From: an uncultured Afipia sp.
GTDB taxonomy: Bacteria > Pseudomonadota > Alphaproteobacteria > Rhizobiales > Xanthobacteraceae
Direction: 5' to 3'
DNA length: 64,000 nucleotides
NCBI GenBank assembly: GCA_964594185.1
Contig: CAZQMD010000001.1
Location: 1,585 to 65,584, forward strand
This document shows positions 29,558 to 39,069 of the stretch, piece by piece. The translations under genes were made by a program, and so were the position numbers. Positions within the stretch are counted from its first letter, which is position 1; each line of letters starts with the position of its first letter. The notes beneath the pieces were generated by a model, which was not told the DNA's origin, did not search any database, and worked only from the letters and a program-made list of their open reading frames with translations.

Positions 29558-31411
29558 CTATTGCGCCACGCCGCCCCGCAGCAGAACCGGAAGCCAGCCT
29601 TTACCCGCCAGCAACTTCGAGGCGGTTTCTGCCATCGGCTGCTTCTTCATGGCAGCGATATTCGTGGCCGCAGCCTCCGTTACGCCTTCATGCACCGCCT
29701 CGATGATGCGCTCTTTGGCAACGCGGCCTAAGTAGCTTTCTGCGGTTGGTTGCCAGTACACGGTCATGTCGAGTGCAAGTTCTCGCGCCAGTATGTCCGC
29801 ATGGTCAATCGCAACAGCGTGGCGATTGCCGGAAGCCTGAACCGCATTGACCGTCAGCGACACGCAATGCGCCAGCAAGCCCAATCGTTCGGAATCCGAA
29901 AGTCCGTGAACGAAATTCCAGAGCGTTGCGGGGTCGCGTGGCAATCGCTTAGCCCATGCCTCATGCCGCTCCGCAATTTGCCGCGAAGCCGACCTTTCTT
30001 CAATACCGGACGCATAGGCGGCAAGAGACACACTGCGCGGTGCAAGTTGCAGACACGAAGTATCGCCCTTGCCGGAAAAGAATGTCGCCGCCGCAAGCGC
30101 ATGAACGGTTGCGATGACCGCCATACTGGAATTCTGCGCAAGTTCATTGCGCAATCCTGCTGTGCGATGTGCAGTGAGGTCAGCGACTAGCTTTTCCGAT
30201 AAAGGTGCTTTCCCATCGGATGGCTCATCGTTGGCACTTTTCTTATCCGTCTTGCCGGATTTCTTAATCGGCTCATCCTCGCTGCGCACCAAACCGCGCT
30301 CAACGCGAACCTCGCCATCATGGCTGAGCGTGACAATCGCTCCCGCGATGGCAAAATCCGCACCTGAGAATTCGCGCTTGTCGAGAGCTTCGATGGCGCG
30401 TTCAAGACGTTCACACTGCGCTCCGACTTTCTCAGGCATATCTGCATCAGCATATTTTTCACATAGCGCGTCATATCGGGTTTGCAGCTTGCGAACTTGC
30501 TTGCGCTCGTTCTTCGACAATTTCACTGCTACGGGATAGATGCGGCGCATGTCCGCCATCATGCCGTGGTCAAACTCCGGTTCGATGGCAATCCACTTCC
30601 ATCCCTCGGTGGAAATCGTATCAGCAAAGCCTTGCAGCTTCTCCCGCGCAAGACGACCCAGAAGTTCCGCATCGGCAAAGAACCCGCCGCCCTCGGAATC
30701 AAACAGGTCACGCATAATCACGCCTCCCGCTGCTTCATAGGCTTTTGTGCCAACGAACACGGCACGGCGGTCGTCCGAACGAACCTGACCTTCGCTAAGC
30801 GCATGGAGGATGGCTTCGCGGTCGCAGTTGAATGGTGGAAGTTCAGACCACACGCGCTCCTGCTTCTTGTGGTCATCGGTAATGGCAAAGGCCGTGAGTT
30901 GGTCGAGATTCAATTCAGCGCTACGATACAGCTTCATCAGCTTGGGGCTGACCGCGCCAAGTTTTAGACGCTGCTTCACCACTGCGGACGTTACGCCAAA
31001 ACGCGCCGCAATATCCTCGGCAGTCATGCCGTGTTCATCATGCAGCTTGGCAAACGCTTCGTACTGGTCGGCGGGGTGCATGGGGCATTGCAACGCATTC
31101 TCGGCAAGACTGATTTCTTCGGCAATGCCTTCAACAATTATGTTGCAAGGAATGACTGCGTTCGCTGGCAAAGCCTTGCGCTTGGCAAGCACCTTCAACG
31201 CGGCGAGCCGTCTGCCACCTGCGATAACTTCAAACGCTTCGGGCTTCTTTTTGCCGTTCAACACCGGACGAACGGTCAAGTTCTGCAATAGGCCGTGGGC
31301 TTCGATACTCGCGGCTAATTCACCGATGTTGGTACTGCGCCCCGTGCGCCGCACGTTTGCAGAGGATGCGATAAGTTTGGACAACGGAATTTCTTGGATT
31401 GCGTAAGTCAT
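29558..31411 (-). CDS. ParB/RepB/Spo0J-family leading-region protein
   Basis: LAASIEAHGLLQNL, IAGGRRLAAL and SLAEN motifs; HTH; ends in GWLP. Confidence 0.88.
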   Translation of the reverse strand: MTYAIQEIPLSKLIASSANVRRTGRSTNIGELAASIEAHGLLQNLTVRPVLNGKKKPEAFEVIAGGRRLAALKVLAKRKALPANAVIPCNIIVEGIAEEISLAENALQCPMHPADQYEAFAKLHDEHGMTAEDIAARFGVTSAVVKQRLKLGAVSPKLMKLYRSAELNLDQLTAFAITDDHKKQERVWSELPPFNCDREAILHALSEGQVRSDDRRAVFVGTKAYEAAGGVIMRDLFDSEGGGFFADAELLGRLAREKLQGFADTISTEGWKWIAIEPEFDHGMMADMRRIYPVAVKLSKNERKQVRKLQTRYDALCEKYADADMPEKVGAQCERLERAIEALDKREFSGADFAIAGAIVTLSHDGEVRVERGLVRSEDEPIKKSGKTDKKSANDEPSDGKAPLSEKLVADLTAHRTAGLRNELAQNSSMAVIATVHALAAATFFSGKGDTSCLQLAPRSVSLAAYASGIEERSASRQIAERHEAWAKRLPRDPATLWNFVHGLSDSERLGLLAHCVSLTVNAVQASGNRHAVAIDHADILARELALDMTVYWQPTAESYLGRVAKERIIEAVHEGVTEAAATNIAAMKKQPMAETASKLLAGKGWLPVLLRGGVAQ

Positions 31412-31439
31412 GGTTACTCTCCTTCAAGGGTTAGGTTCA

Positions 31440-31675
31440 GCGCAAGGAACGCGCATGAACCGTTGCCCGTCGGCGAGACCGGGGGTAGCAACTGCAAGGA
31501 GGCTCCGAACGCGGACTGACGAGGCTCCGCACGAGGGTTCCCCCACTCAAGGGGATACGTGTGGATGCGGCAGAACCGTTTGGATGCCTTGCGGGCGCGA
31601 GGGGCGGCGCCCCATAGCACTTCAAAAAGCGAGACAAGATGAGCGGCAACGTCGCTCTCACTATTCACTTGCGCG
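31440..31675. promoter_or_regulatory. Long imperfect hairpin upstream of the parB-like gene, Frpo/ssi-like candidate
   Basis: Nested pairings GCGCAAG/CTTGCGC, CGTTGCC/GGCAACG, GCAAGG/CCTTGC, TCCGCACG/CGTGTGGA and TCCCC/GGGGA. Confidence 0.55.
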
Positions 31676-31987
31676 CGGGATCGTTACCGAATGGCTGAGA
31701 TGCCGCTTCCCGCCTGCGGGATCTGCGGCGGCTCGGGGCGAAGCCTAGAGCCCGTTCCGTAAGGACGCGCCACGTTTACTGTCAGCACATTTTCTTCCAG
31801 CGTTACCACACCCACCTACGTCCTTCTTTCGGCCAAAAAGCACCTTCTACCGGCTTGATAGCTGCAAGTGCTCCTTCGAAGCACTCCTCCTCTGCGTTCC
31901 GGTCGTGACCGATGCAGCCGCCTCCTTCGGCGCAAACGCCGCTCCAGAAGGCCGCGATGCGTGCGGTCAAAAACGAAGGAGGAAATT

Positions 31988-32176
31988 ATGAGAGTGCTGA
32001 CAATAACCGAACTAATGCGTCTAACCCGGATCGAGCTTTGCGATCTTGCCGCCCACATCACCAATGCGTGGCCCGACTATCCCGAAGGCTCCGAAGCGCA
32101 ACACAATGCGCACATCAATCTGCGCAATATCCGCCGCGCTCTGTACAACCGCGCACAACTGTCGCGGGGGCCGTAG
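31988..32176 (+). CDS. Small hypothetical protein (62 aa)
   Basis: AAGGAGG ribosome-binding site; MRVLTITELMRLTRIEL...NLRNIRRAL. Confidence 0.65.
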   Translation: MRVLTITELMRLTRIELCDLAAHITNAWPDYPEGSEAQHNAHINLRNIRRALYNRAQLSRGP

Positions 32177-32209
32177 GGGTTCAAGCGATGCAAAAATCCC
32201 TGACCTCGA

Positions 32210-34888
32210 TCAGGAATACTGTTTCAATAAAAAGTCCAACGTCATGTTTTCGGCGATAGCATCATGCGGAATAAGGACATATTGCCACGGTTTACCTTTA
32301 TAGGATTGCGCATGTTGGCTCGCCCAGCCACACCATTGGATCGCTACATCCCTTTTCGCCAACACATCTTTGTCCTGCATTTGCGTTGCCATTTTCGGCT
32401 CTAGCATCAGGATGCGATCCGCCATCTCCGCTACAAAATCAGGCTGATATTCGAGATGGTCATTGCCGTTGCGATAGAACATCTGAAACTGCCCCTTAGC
32501 TGGTCGTAGCCATTTCAAGGATTCCCGTTCAAGGATGACGGCCAGCTTGCGTTCTGAATCGGAATGAAACTTCGTAATCGTGGAGAGGCATTTGCTAAAC
32601 CCGCCGAACAAATAACGGGCCATGTTGCTCTTGTCGGCGGGAGCCACTCGATAATCGAGCGGCGGCTCTCGCAACGCCGTGTAGGCGCTTTCTCTCAACT
32701 CAGTGAAGCCCTGCCGCACTTCATGATGGTATTCGACCGTATCGTCCTTCCAGAAATGATCTTGCATTTGCGCGTGAACGGCGCGAGCGATCTCGCGCTG
32801 ATGCAGTGCTAAAACCTGTCCTGCATCTTTCTCCGAAAGGTAGGTCAGCAAGTGGCGCACCACCTGTCCAGCCAGATCATAAAGCATGTCGGCATGTTCA
32901 TCATAGGCAATATCGGGGAAATCGATTAGGCCACTGACAACATAATCCTCTAGCCGTCGCTCCAGCAGATTGCCTTGCGACAAACCAATCACATCGACTT
33001 GATCCGTCCGCAAATGTTTTGCCCAAAATTCTTCGCTGGGTGCGGGGTAGCGCATTCCCGACAAGTCCAGCGTGAATGGCTTAAAGCCTGCCTTCACTTC
33101 TCCCTTTGGCATCACGGTAATACGGGGAATGTCGATAGTGCGATCAGCCATCAGTTTCGCCGTCGCGGCGATGACTGCCGCCATATCGGGCGCGGGTTTG
33201 GCGACACCCTCCAATTCCATCTGTGCTGGCTGGTACTGGCTTTGCACTTCGCGCACGATCTGTTCCTGCACTTCGGGGCGCGACAGGTAAGAGACACTTG
33301 GCACTTTGTCTGGTTCACGCGCCAACTTGCGGAAAGCGTCATAGGCGAGCCGCGCCACACGCATCTCATCTGGATCGGCGAATGCCGGAGTGGGTGCTGG
33401 GCCAGCCGATGCTGCCCCGTCTGCCGTCTGTGCTGTCTGCAATCCGAGGCTGCCCAAAATAGTCGGCGCAGATAATACCGTTACTGTCTTGCGCGCAAAG
33501 TCTGACTCATCCAGCACCAGTTGCTTCAAGCGGATTGGCGAATTCGGATTGTTCGCTTCGTCCACGATCTCCTGAAAGCGGTCGTGCGCGACGATGTTGA
33601 GGCGATCCACTGCGATTACGCCCGTGCGTTTGCCATATGGCAGGCGAAGTCCGCGCCCGATGCTTTGCTCAATCAAGGTGCGAGCGTTAGCCGCCCGCAA
33701 TGGAATAATCGTGTAAAGGTTGGTTACGTCCCAACCTTCCTTCAGCATGTTTACATGAATGACGATTTCGACAGGGTTGTCGTTCTGCTCGACCGTCAAT
33801 AGCTTCTCGACGGTCTCTTCTTCCTTCACGCTTGAATCGACCTGAATTACCTTGTCGGCATAGCGCCCTTGGAAAAAGGCATCCGACTGGATCAGGCTCA
33901 TCAATTCGGCAGCGTGGGTGGTATCCCGCGCAATGACGAGGACAAACGGCTTGACAATCCTCTCACCATTTTCGCGGGCGTAGGTCTCAAGATCAACCTT
34001 CACACTTTCATGAAGTCGAACGCCATCCTCCAGCTTCATGGTTTGGATGGCTTCGGGCGATTTGCCAACCGGGTTGAAATCCTTACGAGTAACCACGGCG
34101 GGCTCTTTTACGAAGCCGTCTTCCATCGCGCGAGCGAGTGGATAATCGAAGATGACGTTGCTAAACGCAACTGGCCCCTTTGTGCTTTCAACAAAGGGCG
34201 TTGCCGTCAGTTCAAGGCCAAGCACCGGCTTCAACTCATTGATTGCGCGCATTCCCGCTGTCGCACGGTAACGATGCGATTCATCCATCAGCAACACGAG
34301 GTCAGGCAGACTGGCCAGATAATCGAAATAGCTCTCGCCGATCTCTTCACGGAAGGAACGGATACGCGGGCTGCGCCCGCCGCGCACTTCAGAAGAAATC
34401 TTGGCGATGTTGAAGATATTGATGGTGGTTGGGAAAAGCTGACCGCCTGATGCAATCTGCCGCTCATAGGTTTCGCCTGTCGTCAACACGGGTGGCGAAA
34501 TGGCAAACTCTGAGATGCCCTTGAACACATACTTTGGCGTGTTCGGCGTAAAATCGGCAATGAGCTTGTTATAGATAGTCAAGTTCGGCGCGAGCACGAA
34601 GAAATTATTTATGCCATGCGCCAGCTTCAAGTAAGCGATGAACGCGCCCATCAGGCGCGTCTTGCCGACACCCGTTGCGAGTGCGAAACACAGCGACGGA
34701 AATTCGCGTTCAAAATCCACTACGCCGGGAAACTCGCTCTTGATAATCTCAAGCGCAGCGGCGAGATCAGCCGTTTTAGTCGGCGACACGATCTCAGTAA
34801 CGCGGTCAAGGATTTCGAGACTGCGCCGCTGGGGGTGCCGTAAGCTAAGACGACCAGCGATAGCATTCACATGACGAAGGTTGCTCAT
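32210..34888 (-). CDS. res: Type III restriction endonuclease, Res subunit
   Basis: ATGVGKT, DESH, LTATP, LKEGWDV and QSIGRGLRLP helicase motifs; C-terminal YQPDF...LEPK PD-(D/E)xK nuclease. Confidence 0.92.
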   Translation of the reverse strand: MSNLRHVNAIAGRLSLRHPQRRSLEILDRVTEIVSPTKTADLAAALEIIKSEFPGVVDFEREFPSLCFALATGVGKTRLMGAFIAYLKLAHGINNFFVLAPNLTIYNKLIADFTPNTPKYVFKGISEFAISPPVLTTGETYERQIASGGQLFPTTINIFNIAKISSEVRGGRSPRIRSFREEIGESYFDYLASLPDLVLLMDESHRYRATAGMRAINELKPVLGLELTATPFVESTKGPVAFSNVIFDYPLARAMEDGFVKEPAVVTRKDFNPVGKSPEAIQTMKLEDGVRLHESVKVDLETYARENGERIVKPFVLVIARDTTHAAELMSLIQSDAFFQGRYADKVIQVDSSVKEEETVEKLLTVEQNDNPVEIVIHVNMLKEGWDVTNLYTIIPLRAANARTLIEQSIGRGLRLPYGKRTGVIAVDRLNIVAHDRFQEIVDEANNPNSPIRLKQLVLDESDFARKTVTVLSAPTILGSLGLQTAQTADGAASAGPAPTPAFADPDEMRVARLAYDAFRKLAREPDKVPSVSYLSRPEVQEQIVREVQSQYQPAQMELEGVAKPAPDMAAVIAATAKLMADRTIDIPRITVMPKGEVKAGFKPFTLDLSGMRYPAPSEEFWAKHLRTDQVDVIGLSQGNLLERRLEDYVVSGLIDFPDIAYDEHADMLYDLAGQVVRHLLTYLSEKDAGQVLALHQREIARAVHAQMQDHFWKDDTVEYHHEVRQGFTELRESAYTALREPPLDYRVAPADKSNMARYLFGGFSKCLSTITKFHSDSERKLAVILERESLKWLRPAKGQFQMFYRNGNDHLEYQPDFVAEMADRILMLEPKMATQMQDKDVLAKRDVAIQWCGWASQHAQSYKGKPWQYVLIPHDAIAENMTLDFLLKQYS

Positions 34889-36558
34889 GCGTCATCTCCT
34901 TCGTCAAACAAGCCAGGTTGTTTTGCTGGAGGAGCGTTCTTTGCCTTCGTCTCAGCCTGCGGAAGATTGGCGACGTTGAGGCTGTAGTCGTCATGCCCCC
35001 ACTCGCAACGGCTGCGGATGTGGTTTGGTATCTTACGGATAGTTAGATTCGGCCAAAGTTGGACATTACCACGAAACGCAGCACAAAGGATCAACAGCGA
35101 ACGGCCTTCGCCAACCTCCTCGCTTAATGCGGCCAGCTCCTGCGGCCCCAATGTCTGGGTGGTGACATAGAGGAAATCGCTTTCCGATGAGTGGCCTTGC
35201 TGCCAATACACGTCGGGGCTAGGTGCATAGGTAAAGCCTTCGAGTTTGCACAACGCTTGCGCCAGCATGGCGGGGTTATAATCTTTTGAAATGACCTCAC
35301 GGCCCCATTTGTCTTTCTCTAGCAACGATGGAGCGAGTTCATAGTAGCGAAACCCGCCGCCACCTTTCCAGTCGAATACACTGCTAATGCCGCCGGGGTC
35401 TTCATCATCAATCACTTTTTGCAAGCGCGGCACGATATGAGTATCGCAAGTGGCTTCTAACTCCACCATGATCCAGCGACGGCCCATTTTATGCGCGGCA
35501 GCGCCTGTCGTCCCTGAACCAGCAAATGAGTCTAAGACAAGATCGCCAGCGATGGTGCACATCGAAAGGATTCTCTCGATGAGTGGTTCAGGCTTTGGGG
35601 TGTCGAACTCGTTGCTTGTACCAAAGATTTCTTTTTGGTGGGCTTTAGTCTGCCGGGTAGTCGGCAGGTCCGTCCAAAGGCTGTTATATGGGCGGGTCGG
35701 GGCATCTTTAGCGTACTCTCGGGTATAGGGTACCCAATTTGGCTTTCCCGGTTCTCCGCGATTTTTCCAGACCAGCTCTGAATTTTTAACAAGCTCGTCG
35801 ACCGAGTCCTTGCCAAGCGCCCATCGGGCTTCTCGGCCATCATCGTGGATCGGAAATACCTCTCGACCGTCCGGGTCGATGACGGGAAACCACATCGTAG
35901 GTCTATCGGCTCTAAGACTGCTTTTTCCGTTCTTCTTTAACAGTCGGTCACGATAGTACCGTCCATCATCGTCTGGCCCGCGATATGCCCTAAGCAATTC
36001 AGGATCAGCTTTGGGCCTCAACCTGACTTTACTGATGTCCTTCGCATATCCGTAAATAAATTCATGATCGGGCGTGACAGGAACCTTATTATCGTTTGGG
36101 CTATCAACTTTCCGCCACAAGAACGTGGAGATAAAATTCGTGCGACCAAAAATCTCGTCGCAAAGCACCTTCAGATAGTGTCCCTCGTTATCATCTGCCT
36201 GAACAAACAAAGCGCCATCCATCGCTAAAAGGCTTCGCAGTATTTCGAGCCTGTCACGCATGAGGCCCAGCCAAATGGAGTGCTCCACTCCATCGTCATA
36301 GTGTTTGAACGCGCTGCCCGTGTTGTAGGGCGGATCGATATAAACGCACTTCACTTTGCCTGCAAAATCAGCTTCCAGCGCTTTCAGCGCGAGCAGATTG
36401 TCGCCGTGGATTAGAATATTGTCGAAAATATCATTCTCGCTCACCCGTGTAGCGGCATGATGAGACTTTTCAGTATCTTCAATTAGGATGCGCGGCTCCA
36501 GACGAGGTCGATTTTCTTTTCCCACCCATGTCAGTTCAAGTTTTTGTTTTTTGCTCAT
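34885..36558 (-). CDS. mod: Type III DNA adenine methyltransferase, Mod subunit
   Basis: IHGDNL, IDPPYNTG, TPKPE and VLDSFAGSGTT motifs (beta-class order). Confidence 0.93.
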   Translation of the reverse strand: MSKKQKLELTWVGKENRPRLEPRILIEDTEKSHHAATRVSENDIFDNILIHGDNLLALKALEADFAGKVKCVYIDPPYNTGSAFKHYDDGVEHSIWLGLMRDRLEILRSLLAMDGALFVQADDNEGHYLKVLCDEIFGRTNFISTFLWRKVDSPNDNKVPVTPDHEFIYGYAKDISKVRLRPKADPELLRAYRGPDDDGRYYRDRLLKKNGKSSLRADRPTMWFPVIDPDGREVFPIHDDGREARWALGKDSVDELVKNSELVWKNRGEPGKPNWVPYTREYAKDAPTRPYNSLWTDLPTTRQTKAHQKEIFGTSNEFDTPKPEPLIERILSMCTIAGDLVLDSFAGSGTTGAAAHKMGRRWIMVELEATCDTHIVPRLQKVIDDEDPGGISSVFDWKGGGGFRYYELAPSLLEKDKWGREVISKDYNPAMLAQALCKLEGFTYAPSPDVYWQQGHSSESDFLYVTTQTLGPQELAALSEEVGEGRSLLILCAAFRGNVQLWPNLTIRKIPNHIRSRCEWGHDDYSLNVANLPQAETKAKNAPPAKQPGLFDEGDDA

Positions 36559-36565
36559 GAGCGAC

Positions 36566-38887
36566 CTAGCTTGGTTTTTTTAGAGGGTGCAGACGACGGG
36601 AATCGGCGCTGTTGCGCCAATAGCTGCCGGACTTATCGTTACTCGGCCAACCGTGATCGGGGTGCGTGAGCGCATCGACTAGCAGAACGACGTGTTTCGC
36701 GAAGCCCACTGCATCTGCGTCTAAAAGCTCGAAGGAAATGGCTTTGAAATGAGCGCCAAAGGCATTTCGGGCCTGTGCGATGCGCGTCAGTTCATCAAGG
36801 ATCGGCTTCAATTCGACTGTGCTGTTTGACGGTGCGGTCGCACTCGTCAGACCGTCGCGCAGTTCAACCCTCAAGGCTTCCCGTAGCTTTCCGCTGATAG
36901 CGGGCAACAAGTCGCCTAGCGTGTATGCCGCCCCATGCCGTCGCGGAACGGCGCATTCGTATTTCTGAGTAAGGTAGTCCAGCACTGCCTCAAGGACGAC
37001 CCCCGCTTTGCTACAAATTGCTTGAGGGTCAATTGGTGACTCGTTGAGCAACGCTTTTAGGCGGTCAATTTCAGGCAGCGAACTGACAACACGAATTCCG
37101 TCGTCAATCGCCCATCCCGTCAGTTCAACGAACTGGCACGCCTGTCCAGGCTTGAGCCAACCCCACCGGAATTTTTCACGCCACGGGCGATAATGGGTAG
37201 TAACAATGGTGTGCTGAAATTTCGTGCTCAGCTCGTAGATCATACCGATGACGCGCTCAACGTGCGGCTCATCTACGCTACCTAATACGTCGTCCAAAAT
37301 TAAGACGGTTTCCGCAGATCGATCGCGTGCGGCCAGCGCCAAGAACACACAAAGACCTAATGTGTCTAAGTGGGATTGGCTGAAGTAAGCCTGAGGTGGC
37401 GCATCGAGCCCCGCGAATTTGGCCATTAGTTCCATCGATGCGCGTTTGGCCGGATCAAGAGGCAGCGCAATAGCGTCTAATCCCTCGCCGGGGTGAACGG
37501 CCTCATAGAGTTTGCCTACCTCCTGCGCGATTTCAGAAATTATGCCGTCGGTAAATTTCTGACGTTCTTCCACGCACTGCGTCAGCGCCCGGTCAACCTT
37601 TGGCGTCAAACTTTCTAATTCTTTACGGCGCGTGACATTGGATTCGTAGCGTTCGGATGCGGTCTTCAGTGCCGCGACAAATTTCTTTTCTTCATGCCAC
37701 GAGGCTTCTACCGCAGGCCATGAACCCGCCACGGCGGCGTTGTCCGCCAACCATGCTGCCAGCTTAGACGGCTCCGTCGGCGCAGCATTGGAAGGCAATT
37801 TTACTTCCGTTTTCCAGCTATGGCTTTTCTGTGCCGCATCGAATGCCGAAATTGCCTTCTGGTAATCAGTTTCAGCCAGCGTGAGGGCCGCCTCCGCGCT
37901 GTTAAGTGCAATCTGTTGTTTCTTCTTAGCTGCGTCGGCGGCTTTCAGCGAGGCAAGGTTTTTGAGCCGTTCTTCAATCGACGCAGCAAGTCCACTGATC
38001 TTGTCGTCGCTCCCGCACAACGGACACTCGGCGACGTCAGGGTGGGCGTGCAGGTAGTCGTGGCCTGTTTGAAGCACGGCCAGCGCTTCACCTGCACCTT
38101 CGGTGGCTGATGCGATTGCATCGGTCAGAGCTTTCTCAGCCGTCGCTAAGGCATCCCTTGCTGCGGCGACAGCGACCCGGTGGGATTCAAACCTTTCGGG
38201 AAACCCCTTGAGGGCGTCGAACGCCGTTCGCAATTTTCCAATCGCGGTGATGTCTGCGCCAAGCTCAGTCACCGGCTCGGCCAATTTCTTCTTTGCCCAT
38301 GTGACGGGATTCAGCCCGGCGGGCTTTCCGGCGGCATCGTAAAAGCCCTGCAACGTGGCAAGGTTTTCATTTTCGGCGACCTGGGCCTGCTGCTTTTCGG
38401 CGGCAAGCGTCTTGCCAAGCTGTCGAAGTGTCTCCTCCGAACGCTCGAAGGCGTCGATGTCGATGAAGCGTTTGATCTTTCCGTAACGCTCTGCCGGTTG
38501 AGCCTGAATTAATTCGAGTATTTGGCGCTGTCTTAGAAGTTCAATTCGCGGACGCGCCGACACCGGAGAAACCGAGGCCTTCTTGCTAACGACCGTACCC
38601 GTGCATTTAGCGGCGCTCGTTTCCAGATCAATTCGAAGTGCCGATGCTGGTTTTCCGGCAGTCGGCCAAAATCGTTCCAGCCCCTTGCCCATGCCACGGT
38701 CCTCAATCGAGCCGACCCTTTCAAAGGCGAGGAATTCGAAGGCGTCGCAGATTGTTGTCTTGCCGGTGCCGTTCTCACCGTAGATGAGCGTAAGTTTCTT
38801 GCCTTTTTCGAAGTCGAGCTTGAACGTGGCGCTAGAGCCACGAAAGGCGGTAAGAGTAAGAGATTTCAATGCTGCGGTCGGGGTCAT
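36566..38887 (-). CDS. Rad50/SMC-like ABC ATPase with zinc hook and C-terminal HEPN-like domain (RloC-like)
   Basis: GENGTGKT Walker A; coiled coil with CPLC; FSQSH signature; LILDD Walker B; TTH; C-terminal VLEAVL...RNAFGAH (R-X5-H). Confidence 0.75.
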   Translation of the reverse strand: MTPTAALKSLTLTAFRGSSATFKLDFEKGKKLTLIYGENGTGKTTICDAFEFLAFERVGSIEDRGMGKGLERFWPTAGKPASALRIDLETSAAKCTGTVVSKKASVSPVSARPRIELLRQRQILELIQAQPAERYGKIKRFIDIDAFERSEETLRQLGKTLAAEKQQAQVAENENLATLQGFYDAAGKPAGLNPVTWAKKKLAEPVTELGADITAIGKLRTAFDALKGFPERFESHRVAVAAARDALATAEKALTDAIASATEGAGEALAVLQTGHDYLHAHPDVAECPLCGSDDKISGLAASIEERLKNLASLKAADAAKKKQQIALNSAEAALTLAETDYQKAISAFDAAQKSHSWKTEVKLPSNAAPTEPSKLAAWLADNAAVAGSWPAVEASWHEEKKFVAALKTASERYESNVTRRKELESLTPKVDRALTQCVEERQKFTDGIISEIAQEVGKLYEAVHPGEGLDAIALPLDPAKRASMELMAKFAGLDAPPQAYFSQSHLDTLGLCVFLALAARDRSAETVLILDDVLGSVDEPHVERVIGMIYELSTKFQHTIVTTHYRPWREKFRWGWLKPGQACQFVELTGWAIDDGIRVVSSLPEIDRLKALLNESPIDPQAICSKAGVVLEAVLDYLTQKYECAVPRRHGAAYTLGDLLPAISGKLREALRVELRDGLTSATAPSNSTVELKPILDELTRIAQARNAFGAHFKAISFELLDADAVGFAKHVVLLVDALTHPDHGWPSNDKSGSYWRNSADSRRLHPLKKPS

Positions 38888-39069
38888 GATTTGCCCGCCT
38901 TCATCGACGCGAGATCAATTTCGCTTTTCCAATCCTCACCCTTCATCGTCCCCGATGCGATCTTCGCGATCAATCCGTCACGCTTATCGGGCCGCAAAAG
39001 ACCGGACGCGATCAACCGATCAACTGTCAATGCGGCTAACTTTGCCGACGGCACCGCTTCATCGCTCAT
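38884..39069 (-). CDS. Small hypothetical protein (61 aa) coupled to helicase and ATPase genes
   Basis: ATGA overlaps at both ends; GGAGG ribosome-binding site. Confidence 0.75.
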   Translation of the reverse strand: MSDEAVPSAKLAALTVDRLIASGLLRPDKRDGLIAKIASGTMKGEDWKSEIDLASMKAGKS

